A stretch of DNA of 64,000 nucleotides from the human T2T-CHM13v2.0 reference genome, Homo sapiens, in NCBI RefSeq assembly GCF_009914755.1, contig NC_060927.1, one strand, 5' to 3'. Shown piece by piece: positions 40,645 through 57,017 of the stretch. Position 1 is the stretch's first letter, and the number at the start of each line of letters is the position of its first letter. The translations under genes were made by a program, and so were the position numbers. A model generated the notes under the pieces. It saw only the letters and a list, made by a program, of their open reading frames with translations, made no database searches and had not been told where the DNA came from.

Positions 40645-41148
40645 TGTCAGAAACTTCAGGGAAAGTGTTGAACACAACTTATTTCTGCATGTCTTGTGAG
40701 CCATGCACTCTCCAACCTTTTCCCAGAATATCATTTCAAAGATTTTTGTATAATGAAAATCCTTGGAAGATGGAGATCATATCTCCCTCCAGGGCAAAGG
40801 GTAGGTTTGCTTATAGCTTTGGAAGCCAATATCTTCCTCCAAAGTGAAGGGCTGATATGTTTATTGGCCAGCAAAAATAAATTCACATTCCCTAAGCTCA
40901 GGGCTGCTCTCCTGTAACACAACCTACTGCATCCGTCTAGGCCCGTATTGCCCTTGTGGGACTTAAGGACAAAGAGAACAGGCCAAATATGCAGATACTC
41001 ATGCTGCCTGCTGTGCCGTGCCTAATAAAGTCCTCTGTCTCTGACCCAGAGAGTCTCATGTTTTCTACCAGCATCCATGAAATTGTGGCAGGCTAACTTA
41101 TGAGGTTTTAAGGAGGTTAACATCATGGACACTTTACAGTACTTGCTA
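40645..41148 (+). mobile_element. MER90-like ERV1 solo LTR
   Basis: aataaagtcctctgtctctgacccag...cagcatccatgaaattgtggcaggctaactt. Confidence 0.7.
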
Positions 41149-41964
41149 GAAAGTTACTCAAGATTCCTAATCGTGGCACACTCAGTGTGAAAGAGTGACC
41201 AAACTAAATAGTTATTGAGCTTAACAAATTGTACAGTCTTTTCTGTAAACCTTTGCTGAAACCATATCCCCATACGAGCCCAGAATCTTGCCTAAGATGT
41301 AAATAAACTCACTTTCTTGGTGATTGATTTCAATTTTCGTAATTTTTTAATAGAAGTGATAATGAGCAAGTTTGACCTGCCAAAAAACCCTCACAGAAAA
41401 ACAGGAAATGATGGCAATTCTCAGATGTCTATTTCAGTATTCACTAGTGGAGACTGTTCTTCTTTTCTAAAGGAACAAATTCCCTGGGGGTCTGAAGATG
41501 ACTTAGAAAGTGCACAAATAACTTACCTTGAGATTAAATGTACAATGGCTGTTATCTGAAATGAATTTCCTTTGAATTTCAGCTAATATACAGAGGTGCT
41601 AAGCGGGGAGGCTTGTTCTTAGACTTATTTAACCATATTATGCGTGTGGCAGGATGGTGGCAACTGAGACTGGATCTTAAGAATGTTGGAAACATCAATG
41701 AGTTGATTCTGGAAAAACTGTCACTTAAAAGTTATAAAGCTCTTCTACCTTTTGTGAGGTAGAGACTAGAATTTATTTTTGAAGCTGTTTGACTTTTTGT
41801 TTGGGGAAAATGACACACATGTAGAGAAAGATTTATGAAATGCAAATATTTGAGAAGGGCAGTTCCAAAAGCCACACTGTTCTGAGAAATGATGTAAAAC
41901 CTTATTTTTATAGTGATTACAATGCATCTCTTAGATTATATTGTTAAAATAATTGAAAATGTTT

Positions 41965-42985
<1,021 letters not shown>

Positions 42986-43039
42986 TTTTTTTTTTAAGGT
43001 ATTGATTTAGACTGTCTTCTATCTGTATTTTCCTTAGGA

Positions 43040-43064
43040 GGTGTGTGTGTGTGTGTGTGTGTGT
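43040..43064. repeat. (GT)n microsatellite
   Basis: Read directly. Confidence 0.9.
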
Positions 43065-43123
43065 TTTCAAACAATTATTCCTAAAGGATTAGGACAAGAG
43101 ATTCCAAGACAGCTAAAAGATAT

Positions 43124-43567
43124 TGTGATAGGCAGAATAATGCCCCGCACAAAGTGGCTGTGCCAGAATCTGTGAATATGCTATGTTATGGTACATGTAA
43201 GGCAGAATCAAGATTGCAGTTGAAATTAAGGTTGATAATTAGATGACCTTAAAATAAAGAGATTATCTTAGATTATTTGGGTGGGCCAAATGTAACCACA
43301 AGAGTCCTTTAAATGTGGAAGAGAGAGTCAGAGTTACAGTGATGCAGCGTGAGAAAACAGGGGGCTTTGAAGAGGGAAGTGAGCCACAAGCCGAGCAATA
43401 CAGGCAGCTTCCAGAAGCTGGAAAAGGCAAAGAAAGAGATTACCCTCTAGAACCCACCAACACCTGGTTTTTAGCTCAGAGAAATCCATTTTGGACTTCT
43501 GACCTCCAGAACTGAAAGATAATAAATTTGTGTTGTTTTAAGTGTAAATTTATAGTTTGTTACTACA
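43124..43567 (+). mobile_element. MLT1D MaLR solo LTR
   Basis: tgtgataggcagaataatg...ttggacttctgacctccagaactg; TSD GATAT. Confidence 0.85.
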
Positions 43568-43671
43568 GATATGTAGCCTAATCTTCCTATCATCTCGAAC
43601 TGGGGGAGAGATTTTGAAAAGGGTCTAGGTTGGACTGTTCATGACCCACATGTAATTCCAAGATTGAATGA

Positions 43672-44200
43672 CTCAGAATTAAAAACATATGTCTACATAA
43701 AAACTTGTACACAAATGTTCATAGGAGCACTATTCACAATAACTAAAAAGTAGAAATAACCCAAATGTTTATTAGCTGATGAGTGGATGAAAAAATGTGG
43801 TGTATCCATACAATTGAATATTATTCAGTCATAAAAAATAATGAAGTGTAGATACATGTTACAGCATGGATGAACCTTGAAGACACTGTGCGAACGAGCC
43901 TGGTTGAAAAAGGTCACAAACAGTAGGATTCCACTTATATGAAATGTCCAGAATAGGCAAATTCATAGAGACAGAAAGTGGTTGGAAGAAGCTGAAAGTA
44001 GGGAGTTATAAATGGGAGTGACTGCTAATTGAGTATAGGGGGTTTTTTGGGGATGATTAAATGTTCTAAAATTAGATAATGGTAATGATTGCACAACTTT
44101 GTGAATATACTAAAAACTACTAAATTATATATGCTAAAAGGGTGAATTGTATGATGTATGAATTATATCCCATTCTATCTCAATAAAGCCATTATTAATT
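43672..44200 (+). mobile_element. L1MB 3' end
   Basis: aaaacttgtacacaaatgttcata...gaaatgtccagaataggcaaa...tatctcaataaagc. Confidence 0.85.
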
Positions 44201-44403
44201 TAGAAAACCCCCACATTTTTGGAAATGTATTAATGATCAGTTACTGAGTTCTGATGTGAGTTGGTAACAGGATTTTCTCTGGGAGAAATGAACAAAGGAA
44301 TTTCTCACTTGTAATCATTTGGGAGGCAGGTCTTGGACTGTTGTGAAAGAAAAACTGTTTTCACTTTTCTGACCTTCAGGTTATTGGGAGCTTAGATTCT
44401 GGA

Positions 44404-44805
44404 TGTGTCAGTCAATTTAAGTTAAGGTATATCACATAAATACCAAATAAAACAAAACAAAAACTAAATTAGAGACTCTTAATAGCACAAGTTTATTCCC
44501 TGCTCATCCTTTATGTCATCACAGGTCATCAGGCGACTCTATTCCTTGTCTTTTTCCCTAGAACTTGGATTGATGGTACAGCCATCATTCCAAAAATTGT
44601 TTAGCTCACAGCAGAGGGGTCAAGCTCTTGAGTTCTTACAGTGACAATTACATGCTTTAGCCTGCATGAGTTACAAGTTACTTTTACTCAGTGGCCATAG
44701 CTAGCTGCATCCTCCACCCAACCAAAGGTAGTCAGGTAGTGCAATATTACCATTGCCCAGAAGAGTACAAATTGGAAACATTTGGGGAATAACACCAAAG
44801 ACTAC
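44404..44805 (-). mobile_element. MLT1I/J MaLR LTR
   Basis: aagtttattccctgctca...tggccatagctag...gaaacatttggggaataacac. Confidence 0.6.
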
Positions 44806-45264
44806 AGTTGTAGGCTGAATAATAGCTCACAAAGATATCAGGTTCTAATCCTTGGAATCTGTAAATGTTACATTATTGGAAAAGAGTCTTTGCCAATGTG
44901 ATTAAGCTAAGGATCTTAAGAGTGGGAGATCATCAAATTAGGCCCTAAATGACACAGTATGCATCTTTATAAAAGGAAGGCAGAGAGAGATTTGACACAG
45001 GCAGAAGGGGAAGAGGCAACGTGACCATGGAGGCAGAGACTGGAGTCAGGCAGTGAAACAGTTGGTCACCAGAAGCTGAAAGAGGTAAGAAATTTTCCCC
45101 TAGCGCCTCCAGAGGGAACGCAGACCTGCTGATACCTTGATTTCCACCCAGTGAAATCTGATTTTGGACTTCCAGTTTCTAGAACAGTGAGAGACTACAT
45201 TTGTGTTGTTGTAAGCCACCAAACTTGTAGTACTTTGTTACAGCAGCCACAGGAAGCTAATATA
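44806..45264 (+). mobile_element. MLT1C MaLR solo LTR
   Basis: ttgtaggctgaataat...gtgaccatggaggcagagactggag...cagcagccacaggaagctaatata. Confidence 0.85.
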
Positions 45265-46089
45265 ACTGTCATATTAGATATGGTAGCTGTGTTTTGGGTA
45301 CTTTATTTAGGACAACTAAACTCATCCCTTTTGCATAGTCATATGTCCATAACCACACTAAAGCCAAGCAAAAGAGCTAAAGAAAGAGGAACCCAATAGT
45401 GACCCACAATCAAAAAACTTAAACCTGTGAACTCACAGGACTGACAGAATCAAACCAGTCACTTTTCACTGGAATCACACTGCACTATCCTCCAGACCTT
45501 AGGAAACTCTCACTGAAGGTTATGGTGCTGTCTTTACTAAAAATAAGAAGGTGGCCTAAAATCGACAAGAAGAGAACAGCAATAATTATATTGCCTTGGC
45601 CTGTGGTCAGAGCAAGTCAGTTGGCTGAAATGACAAATGACAACCATTCTGGATCTTGGAACATATAGGCATTCCTCAAGTATTCCTTGAAATAATTGGG
45701 AAAGAAAACATTGTCAACATACGGATTTCCTGATGTCTGTCAAGCAAAATGGAATTCAAGCTGTACTGGCTTGGGATATTTAAAGGAAGTGTGACACTAT
45801 AATAAACTTAAATTTTTAAATAGAGGTGCCCTTGGAGGAACATTTAGCACTATTAATTCATTATGCTAATGAAAAACCAAAGCTCGCAGGAATTGTTAGA
45901 GCCTCAGTTCCTCGATCTTTAAAATAGAAAGTTTGACAAGACCATCTTAAGTAATTCAATTCTTAAAGACTTGGGACTCTATAAATTAACTTGATAACAA
46001 GCTCTAGCATTCAATATTGGAAAGAAATCCAAAGTAGACCTGGATACTTTAAAATTGTGCATATGAGATAAAATTAGCATGCTTTTTAA

Positions 46090-46418
46090 TTTTTCTTCTT
46101 TCTTTCTTTCTCTCTCTCTCTCTCTCTTTCTCTCTTTCTCTCTTTCTCTGTTTCTTTCTTTCTTAGAGTGCAGTGGTATGGCTGACTGCATCCTCAAACT
46201 CCTGGGCTCAAGCAATCCTCCTGCTTCAGCTTCCTGAGTAGCTGGGACTACAGGTGTGCATCAGCATCCCTGGGTGATTTTTGCTTTTTTTTTTTTTTTT
46301 TTAGATATGGGGTCTTTCTCTGTTGCCCAGGCTGGTCTCCAGCTCCTGGGCTCAAACAATCCTCCCACCTCAGCCTCCCAAAGCATTGGGATCACAGCAT
46401 AAGCCACCACACCTGGCC
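46090..46418 (-). mobile_element. AluJ with a (CT/CTTT)n-derived tail
   Basis: gagtgcagtgg...ctcctgggctcaagcaatcc...ccacacctggcc. Confidence 0.85.
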
Positions 46419-46679
46419 TCATAAGCAGTTTTCTTTCTTCTCAGGAATGTTTCTGGGGTCAAAAGTGATTATTATAGAAGTAATAATCATCATTAAGGAT
46501 GGTTTAATGCTAAATATAAAGTGGCAAATTACTAAAAAAAAAGCTTATGAAAATATGCCTTGGAACATTTTGGTAAATAGTGGATGAGCAAGGGAGTGAG
46601 TGGGCAAATAACATTTTTAAAAATCTCGAAAACAAAAGCATATAGTCATAGTCTTTCATCTAAAGTGCTTTAGAAAATA

Positions 46680-47435
46680 TGGCTCTACCTCCAAAATATG
46701 TATAAATCTGATCACTTACCACCTTCACCGTTTCATGTTGATCTAACCACCATCATTTCTTGCCTGTGTTATTTCAGTCTTAAACGGTTCCCTGTTTCCA
46801 CTCAAGCCCTATAGTCTATTCTTAATACCACAGCCAGAGGTATCCTTTAAAAATGTATCAGATTGTCACTCCTTTGCTTAAATGTCCCTTCACCCAAATA
46901 GCTTCTCATCTCATGCAGATTAAAGCTAAAGTCCTTCCAATGCTTACAAGTCTCCTCTGAGCTGGCTGCCCACTACCTCATTAGCTCTTTCCTACCACTC
47001 TCCTCACTCACTGGCTTTGGTCTAATCACACAGGCCACTTCTATTCTTCAAACACACCATGCAAGCTCTCACCTCAGAGCATTTACATTTCTCGTCCCTC
47101 TGCCCAAATGCTCTTTCAAGTCACATAGTGGCATGACTCCCTCCCTCATTTCCTTTATTCCTGCTTAAATGTCACTTTTTCCTTACGGTCTTCCCTGATC
47201 ACCTTATGTAAAACAGCAACAATAACCCCTCCCCAGCTTGGCACTCTCTATTTCTCCTCACTTAGCTTTTTCTCCATTGTGCTAATCACACAATGAATAT
47301 GTTCATTGTCTGTCGCTTTCTGTTAAAATGGATATAAGAACTGTGTTTTATTCACTGCTGTATCCCTAGAGCTTAGAACAAAGTCTAGGACAAAAGGGAT
47401 ACTCCATAAATATTTGTTGAATGAATAAATGAATG
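46680..47435 (+). mobile_element. L2a 3' region
   Basis: ctctacctccaaaatat...cacagccagagg...aaatatttgttgaatgaataaatgaatg. Confidence 0.8.
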
Positions 47436-47439
47436 CAAC

Positions 47440-48560
<1,121 letters not shown>

Positions 48561-49542
48561 AATCATGCTAAGCATAGGTAGTCATTCAGTATCTGCTTTT
48601 TGATAAAGCATTAAGGTTGACAATTATTGCCCTGTGGCTGAAATTTAATATTTCTCTCTGAAAGTTTTTGCCTTCTAAGTTTCTGTCACTTATTCTAACA
48701 GCCTTAATCATGCAGCAGCTCCAACATTCTAACAAACATGCTTTGGAAATTCACCAAGAAATGCTGGCTTGCTCCCAGGACTAAGTGATGGCATTTAATT
48801 TGCTCACCTGGAAAGAAGGACAATTCCAGAAAAGACCATTTCTTCTTGTATTACTTATTGGTCAACCAGCAACCTTTAAGTCAAAGCTGTGAATATATAT
48901 AATCTGTCAGCCTTCTCTATGTTTTCTTCAGGACCAAGCCTCAGTTTCAAACTTCTTTTGTCCAGTGTAACTGCAAGACCCACTTTAGACTCTTCACTTC
49001 GCTTCTCCGTGGGCAATAAAGCAGCAGTTCCATCACCATTGTCCAAACAGCAAATGAGAAGTGATGTTTCAATATAAGCTACTGTCTGGAAAAGAAGAGA
49101 AAGAGGCAGCTTTTCTGACAGAGCCGTTCACACTTTTCCTGCACAGCTGGGAGACATTAGCTGAATTTCCCCAGACTGGTCTGCTTTCTGGCATGGTAAA
49201 TTAAAAACCCTGAGAGCCTCCAAGGTAAGCTGGATTTCTATCATACACATTTAGCAGCTAAATCACCAAAAGTCACTTTCGAAAATTCACGCAAAGCTGC
49301 ATCTTTACCCAAGGTCAAGAGTTCAGCAGAAGTTAGCACAAAGGGGATTGTGGGCAGGAGGCAAGAAAAGGGAGAGAAAATATCGATAGATTATCTCTAT
49401 TCAAAAGCTGCTTTTATTTTGAGGAACTTTGTGCTCAGAAAAGTAGATAGAAGATAGTTCTGCAATAAATAGTATAGGACATATATGAAAAGAATAAATA
49501 ATATTTCAATGTATGTCAATTTCCATTTCTGCCACCATATTA

Positions 49543-49930
<388 letters not shown>

Positions 49931-50714
49931 CTATGGGGCTCAAAGTCCTATCCCCTTCACTTTATGGGAATTTAGTTATGAAAAATTCTATTTCCCCAGG
50001 TATTTTGTGATCTATTATCAGCTTTTGATTCCATAGATAAGGACAATCTCTGGGCTTTTTGTTTACATTCTGCCTTATTCCACAAGGAATCTCAGGCTGC
50101 TCTGTGGGCCAACTTACATGACTTTGGTGTAGATCTCAGATTTTAAATGTTTATCTAAATCAATATGGCAATACCAGAATGGATTTTGAAAGAGTCAATT
50201 CTAATTTTAAATGGCTTAAAACCAGACTGCACCTAAACATTTTTATTTATAATTTTTGCCTAAGTAATTTATTCTGGCTCAAAAGATCTATATATTTTCT
50301 CCTATATATGCCCCAACATATAGATAAACATAGAGACAAGCATCCTTCCCTATGCAGATGATGTAATCTTACTATTATAAGAATATCCTCAAGAAAAATG
50401 GAACCTGCTGGCAAATTGCCAATTTGAATTTAAAGAAAAAAAGAATCTTATCACAAAGAGACCATACTTTTTGCATTTAGATCTGTGGTTTCTCTATTTT
50501 GTGAACAGGGGGATCTCTGGGGCAGGGCTAAAGAGAAAGAGAAGAGGCAAGTGGTTGTGGCTCCAGCCTCACCCCACCCCGAAAGAGGAGTGTTTTTGTT
50601 TGGTCATGTGTTTATTTATTAGACTTCTACACAAATGTTATTCAAAAAAAGGAACTCACTGATTTAAAAAAAAATCTGATCTAGGTGAAAAGAGGCAAAA
50701 TCAGGAGCCACTGG

Positions 50715-51015
50715 AATGAATCTTGCCCATGGAATTTTTTGTCCTGTAATACATCATTAAAATGTTTAGATATGTTGCCAATATTTAATTATTTTACATA
50801 AAAATTCTGGATTTCTGGGTCTTTTGACAATTGGGGAGGACTGGAAACACTGAGATGCATTCCCACACAACAATGAACTGGAGCTGTGTATTAGCTGAAC
50901 AGCTTTAGAAAGTCACACACTTTCTAATTCACTATGTCCCCGCTACTCCCTAGTTTTTATCCACCTAATTGTATTCACACATTTATTTCACTTGTCTCAC
51001 ACTTGGGGGAATTCT
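50715..51015. mobile_element. MER102-like hAT-Charlie element
   Basis: aaaattctggatttctgg...ctggaaacactg...cattcccaca...ctggagctg. Confidence 0.55.
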
Positions 51016-51416
51016 GGGAGGTGGCCCTAATCTACATGTATCTCAACACCAGTACATTCTGGTATGTTGACTGGGATGTGCTCCTACTTAAAATTAAACT
51101 TCTGAGTTGGCCACATTGAGTCTATGGGACAGGATTCAGTAGCTTCAACAAAGGGTTTGTTTCAGCATTTGAACAGATCCATGGACTTTGCCCTGCCTTA
51201 GCTGCTTTGAAGTGTTTTATGAAGAGGAACTGGTTCCATCTGGGCATAACTTCAAGTGGAACTAGGAGGCCGTCAGTTTTCTCATAATCTCTAAAGAGGT
51301 ATGATTGCAAATCTGCCTTTAAACAGCAGCTCAGAGCTTCTTCACCCTTCTACACTGTACAGCAATCTCAGACAGAATCGTAGTCAAGAGGAGACATACT
51401 GGAAAATTGTCTAAAG

Positions 51417-51690
51417 CAGTGCTTTTCAAACTTGTTTTTAATACAACGTGCAGTAAGGGATGTATTCAGCCACAGGTATACACACTTCCACATGCACACA
51501 CACACACTCATATACACACACACAAGTTTTATGTTACAGTACTTACCCTTAATACAAATACTCTATTTGTATACATGTACATATGAATACATATGAAATC
51601 CATTTTTTCATTCCTTAAAGTGCTGTTGGTAACCTACTATCTAGATCTCACAAATTGTAGGTCATAATTTGCAGTTTGGAAAACATAGGT
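51417..51690 (-). mobile_element. Charlie4z-like hAT element
   Basis: cagtgcttttcaaact...tacttacccttaata...cagtttggaaaaca; reverse orientation of the 6.2-6.5 kb element. Confidence 0.55.
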
Positions 51691-52029
51691 TTAAAGAACA
51701 TGCTGTTAATTCATCTCCTAGATTTTTAAAGTTCTCTCTTCATATTAGCTAAATTATAAAAACATGCCTATATGATATTATTTTAGTTCTCTATGGACCT
51801 GCATCTCTGAATTATGAACTAATATATTACCCTTGCTTTTCATCAGGTGCTGTGATAAGAAATGGCCATTTTCTTGCCAAGTGTCCCTTGTAGGGCAATA
51901 TTCCTTTATAGTGTGACATACTGTGTTCCTCTTGGAGTCCAAGAAAAGTTGATTTTCCTGACTGGTGTGTAATCTTCTACTAGATAATCATTATTGAATA
52001 ACATCTTTTATTTCCCATTTTACCGTAAC

Positions 52030-52345
52030 TGTTAGCAAACTTACAACTTTAGTACTTGCCTGTTGTAGCTTTTCTTCACCTAGATTCTCTAGTCTTATTA
52101 TTTCTTTCTCCATGTCTGCAATCTAACTGCCTTTGCTTTCGTCAGTTCTCATCTAAATTACTACAATAGTTTCTAGTCACTTTCCCTGCCTCCTCTCATT
52201 CTAATCCTTATTCCACACTGCTGTGGAATGATTTTTCTAAGACACAAATGTGATGACCTAAAGAGAAAAGATTATTCCCCTGCTTCAAATTCTTCCATGG
52301 ACCTCCTTGAACATCAGTTTCAAGTGCTGTGGCTTGCACGTAAGG
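52030..52345 (+). mobile_element. L2 fragment
   Basis: ctacaatagtttctag...ccacactgctgtggaatgatttttctaa. Confidence 0.55.
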
Positions 52346-52949
52346 ATTTTTTTGGAAACTAGGTTCGATAAATATTGCTTATGTAATATTAACATTTGTA
52401 ATTCTCAAAAAACTTTGATAGAAAAAAGAAAAACATCTAAAGGGCCAATAAACAATGTTGATCAAATGATTGTGATATGATTTTTGGTATGTGCATACGG
52501 AAGTTTAAAATGATGCCTATATACCTAAGAATATTCTTAACTATCCAACGAAAGAAAAAAGTCTACATATGGATCTTAAACTAGCAACTCAAAAGCCAGA
52601 TTCATCCCTCGTTTAGCTTGTCATGAACAATGTTTTAGATATTGGATATCTTTACATGGGCACTTGGTTTCTAGTTCACTACTCTCAAGCTTCCTACACA
52701 TAGTTCATCACATTCATTTTAGTTACCTGCCAGATCCCTAGTGGCTTCAGAATTTATCGTATTTGTTAGAAAGTTGAAAGGTTCAAGAGAGGTTTTCTCA
52801 CCTTAATCTGTTCTTCTCCCAAATGTTGGTTTTGCTTCTGCTTTTTGTATCCTTTCCAGGTTTGATTCTAAAAGCATCTGAAATCCTAAAGATAACAGAG
52901 TTGTCTTCCTATCAGCTCAGGGAAAAAGAAAAACAAATAAAAACTTAGG

Positions 52950-54110
52950 TAAAGTTTTTGAAAAAGGCGTCTCTGATGAAGTGGCATTTAAGCTGAGAAA
53001 TGAAGAATGAGGAGGAATGGGCTATGCAAAGCAACAAAGGATGTTCTAAGAGAGGTAACAGCAAGGGCAAAGGGCCTGAGACAGGAAAGAGGTTAGTGTG
53101 TTAGGTCAATGTGAGCTGGACTTAGTAAGAAACAGAAAGAACTGGTAGCATGTTAAAAAACATTGCCAAGGTTGGGAACATGAAGCACTCCATAGGCCAT
53201 GATAAGGAGTCTAGATTTTGTTCAACATGCAACAGGAACCCTTCAATACTTTTGGGTAAGGAGTAATTGGTATGATTTCAGTTTTTAAAAGATTATTCTG
53301 CTGCCATGCAGAGAATGGCTTGTACAGGGCTAATAAAGGAAGCTAGGAGACCTTCTAGGAGGCTACTGCAATAGAATAGGTGAAGGATGATGGTGGCTTG
53401 AGCTAGGTGACAGCGGTGGAGGTGGAAAAAGTAGATGGACTTGACATATATTCTGGAATATAAATTGTAGGAATTGCTGATTGGCTACATGTGAAGGTGA
53501 TATTTAAAAAAGGACTAATTTCAGGACCATTTCCCTGGTTTCAGGTATTATTAACTGAGTGGATGATGGTAACATTTACCATGAGAAAACTGAGGAAGGA
53601 TGAAGGTGTATGGCAACTGTGGCCAGGGAGCAGGGAACAGCCATGGCTAAGCATTTTATTCTAAGCATGTTCAGTCTGAAATCTATCAGTCATCAGATAG
53701 ATGGGATTTAGAGGAGAAGTTCTAGTCTTGAAACACAGATTTTACAACAGATAAAGACAATTTTGAACCTTAGTCAGAGAGTATAAATAGGAAAACAAAG
53801 GGAGGAACTCAATCCAAGATCAGTGAAACTACAACAGTAAGAGTTGGAGTAAAGGAAGGAGAGCCAGCAAATACTACTGAGAAAGTGCAGCTAAAAAAGA
53901 AAGAAGAAAACAAGAAGACTCTGGTGCCACCAAAACCATCTAGAAGGAAAAGTTTTTAACCTTACTGAATGATGCTGAAAAGTTAAGGTAAGATCTGCAT
54001 AGGATTTTGCAAACTGAAGGTGGTTGGTGAGTAGTAGAATGGAAGCCAAATAGAAAGGGGTTGAGGAGAAAACGTTAAGTGAAAAACTGGTGATGGCATA
54101 TGTAGGGATA
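52950..54110 (-). mobile_element. Long L2 fragment
   Basis: aaaagattattctgctgcc; ggaggctactgcaatag...gatgatggtggcttg. Confidence 0.75.
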
Positions 54111-54974
54111 AGCTGAGCTTCTCAATGAGTAGCTTTGCATATCTGCATGGGCTCCTTGGGTAGCTTAAAGCATTACGAAAATATGAAGTTGCAGAACATG
54201 GTTTTACTATGTATTTACCATGAGAGTGCCTTTCAGTTTGAAGTCACGTTTTCTCTTGATTCAGTTGCTGCTAATGTTTTTCATCCAGCTATTCTTTTCA
54301 AAGACAGTTTTACAACTTGGCTGAGATCATTCTGCTTGTCGATACACTTCAGGGCCTGAGGTTATCTCAAGATGGTATGTTGGAGTCTGTACAAGTTTCA
54401 TTTATTTAAAACTTGGACTTGGTAAAAGAATCTCATGAGATTTAACACCTCGCTCCCCTGGCAGGCTTGGGGAGGGGGAAAAAATCATACACAGCAAGTA
54501 TCATTTACACCATTCTAACACATTCATAGCACTCTTACCAAATCCTAACGAAGGAAGAAAGAATGTACATGCAATAGGGAAGTTTGATAAATGAGAACTA
54601 TATGGTTATTTTAAGAATGTATAAACAAATGAGAAAGGGAAAGATACTGACTAAAATAAACAATGTTCTTTTTTTATCTTGAAGAGATATAAGTATTTAG
54701 AATGTCAAGATCTAAAAATAAAGTGGATTCTGTACCTCTAAACAAGAGAAAATACTATCATTTTGTACCTTTCAGTATCTAAGCAGCTATTCTCTTCTCT
54801 GAAAATGATGCATGAATCACACTGGCCAGTAGAGTTGTAATGGTTAGACTTTTAATATTCCTCATTTTAGAAATTTGGATCTAGCCAGAACATTGCAATT
54901 TATCTAAACGCAAATTAAGTCCATTTTAAGATAAGAAAAGAAATTTGTATCTTGATCCTCAGACTACCCTATTG

Positions 54975-55160
54975 TAGAATCACAGGAACTTCAACTGGAA
55001 GAAATCCTAGACATATCTAATCCAAGTTCCTACCTAAAGAACAGAGGTCATCCCAATTCTGCATGAAAATCTTCATGATGGGGCATTCACTACCTCATAG
55101 AGATTTTGAGCAGATCTCATTAATAGCAAGTTTGCTGTTATTTCACTAATAATGTCCTCT
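54975..55160 (-). mobile_element. L3/CR1 3' fragment
   Basis: tagaatcacagg...ctggaagaaatcctag...gatggggcattcactacctc. Confidence 0.55.
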
Positions 55161-55319
55161 GTACACGCATCACAAAAAGTCTCTCCATTAAAATGCTTCT
55201 TCTTCTGTGCAAATAAAGATGACAAATAATTGTTATCATTTTTGAATGTTTACATGCCATGGAAATTATTTCACATGTTTCTTCCCACTTAATATTTACA
55301 GTAATATTCTGAGATGTAC

Positions 55320-55785
55320 AAGAGGGCAGGTCTCCAGATGACAGATCATGTTGGCTGACCCAGATCTTCCCTCTCTTGCATGTAATTCTCAGGCAGAATG
55401 TACCGAGAATTCAACATCCTGAGATAAGGAGGAAATGCCCAGAACAACCCAAACTGTGTCCTCGTTTCTCCTAGAACAGGATGTTCTGCAATGCTTGAGC
55501 TTAGCGTGCCAAATGTCACCCAGGTTATATAAACCCAGGGCAGCATGCTTTTCAGGGTCCCTCAGTTGTGGTGCAACATGGGACATGCACACACGGAACT
55601 CCATCCACCCTGGGCAGCTTTCCTGAGCCTTAGGAAGCTGGCTTGCTCTGGTTTCTAGGCTTCTGTTTATCCTTGCTGCCTATAATAAATCTGTGATAAA
55701 ATAATAATCTACTTTGTCCTACTTGTACATGTATTCTATCTCATCGGACTTAAGCAATTGGTAGACAGCCTTTGCAATGCCGGTG
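55320..55785 (+). mobile_element. ERVL-class solo LTR (MER74/MER76/LTR52-53 group)
   Basis: catcctgagataagg; TATA ttatataaaccc; ccctgggcagctttcctgagcctt; aataaa. Confidence 0.65.
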
Positions 55786-55789
55786 TGTT

Positions 55790-56278
55790 CAGCTTTGTTA
55801 GTGCCATCTTTCTTGCCTGTTCTCCAGCTAAAGAGGATATCAAACCAAATACTTTGTTTCCCAGCCTCTCTTACAGCTAGAAGTGGCCTTGGAATTCCAT
55901 TTTGGCTACGAAGGCATAGAAGAACATCTGCTAGAGGGATTCTTGGAAACATTTTTTCTTCCTTTGAAAAGAAGAGAGACATGTTTGGAGGGTTTTCTCT
56001 CTGTCTTACACCCCCACCTGGTCTCACTTCTTCCAGATTTTGGACTTGAAATTATGAAAATGAGATTTCTGGAGCCACCACTGCCATTTTCAACAGTGGA
56101 GGTAAAGTCAGGAAAATCATAGAGAACCTAGAATCCTCACATTGTGGAACCACCAGACTAACCCTAAGCCATGTACTTCTAGATTTCTCATTAAGTAAAC
56201 AAGTGACGTCTTTGTGAACTGAGCCAAATTACCTGGCTTTTCCATTACCTGAAGCTATAATTATACTAATTGATATAG
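55790..56278 (+). mobile_element. MLT1K/L MaLR LTR
   Basis: ttcccagcctctcttacagctag; ctgccattttc; ends actaattgatata. Confidence 0.65.
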
Positions 56279-56685
56279 TGGGCAATGTTATTATCTTTGT
56301 TTCATATGTGAGGAAACAGAACAAAGAAATAAAGTAAAAATATTCCAAGGTTGCACGGAGGGCAAAGAGCAGAACCATGACTCAAGCTTACATAGCCTCA
56401 GAACAAACACGTAATCTCCTCCAGTTTGTTGAATCAATTTTCACGTATTGTGTTTTTCAGATTCTGCATTATGCTGAATAGCCACATGTTGTCATATTTG
56501 GCTTTCTCAATATCTCTCCTAAGTGAGGTTGTTAAAGCCAAGTACAGTCACTCCTAAATCAAAGTAGTGTAGAGAGTAGCAGAGATTATCTTGTTCTGAA
56601 TACTTACATGAACACAGGCTGGAATCCTATGGGCTTTTTACTCAGTCTCATCACCCTCATATCAACTCAGGTCAAGCTTTATTTT

Positions 56686-57017
<332 letters not shown>

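Larger units (their letters stand above)
55230..56420 (-). mobile_element. MIR split by two LTRs (pieces at about 55230-55315 and 56279-56420)
   Basis: ttgaatgtttacatgcca...ttctgagat, resuming as ttattatctttgtttcatatgtgaggaaac. Confidence 0.5.
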
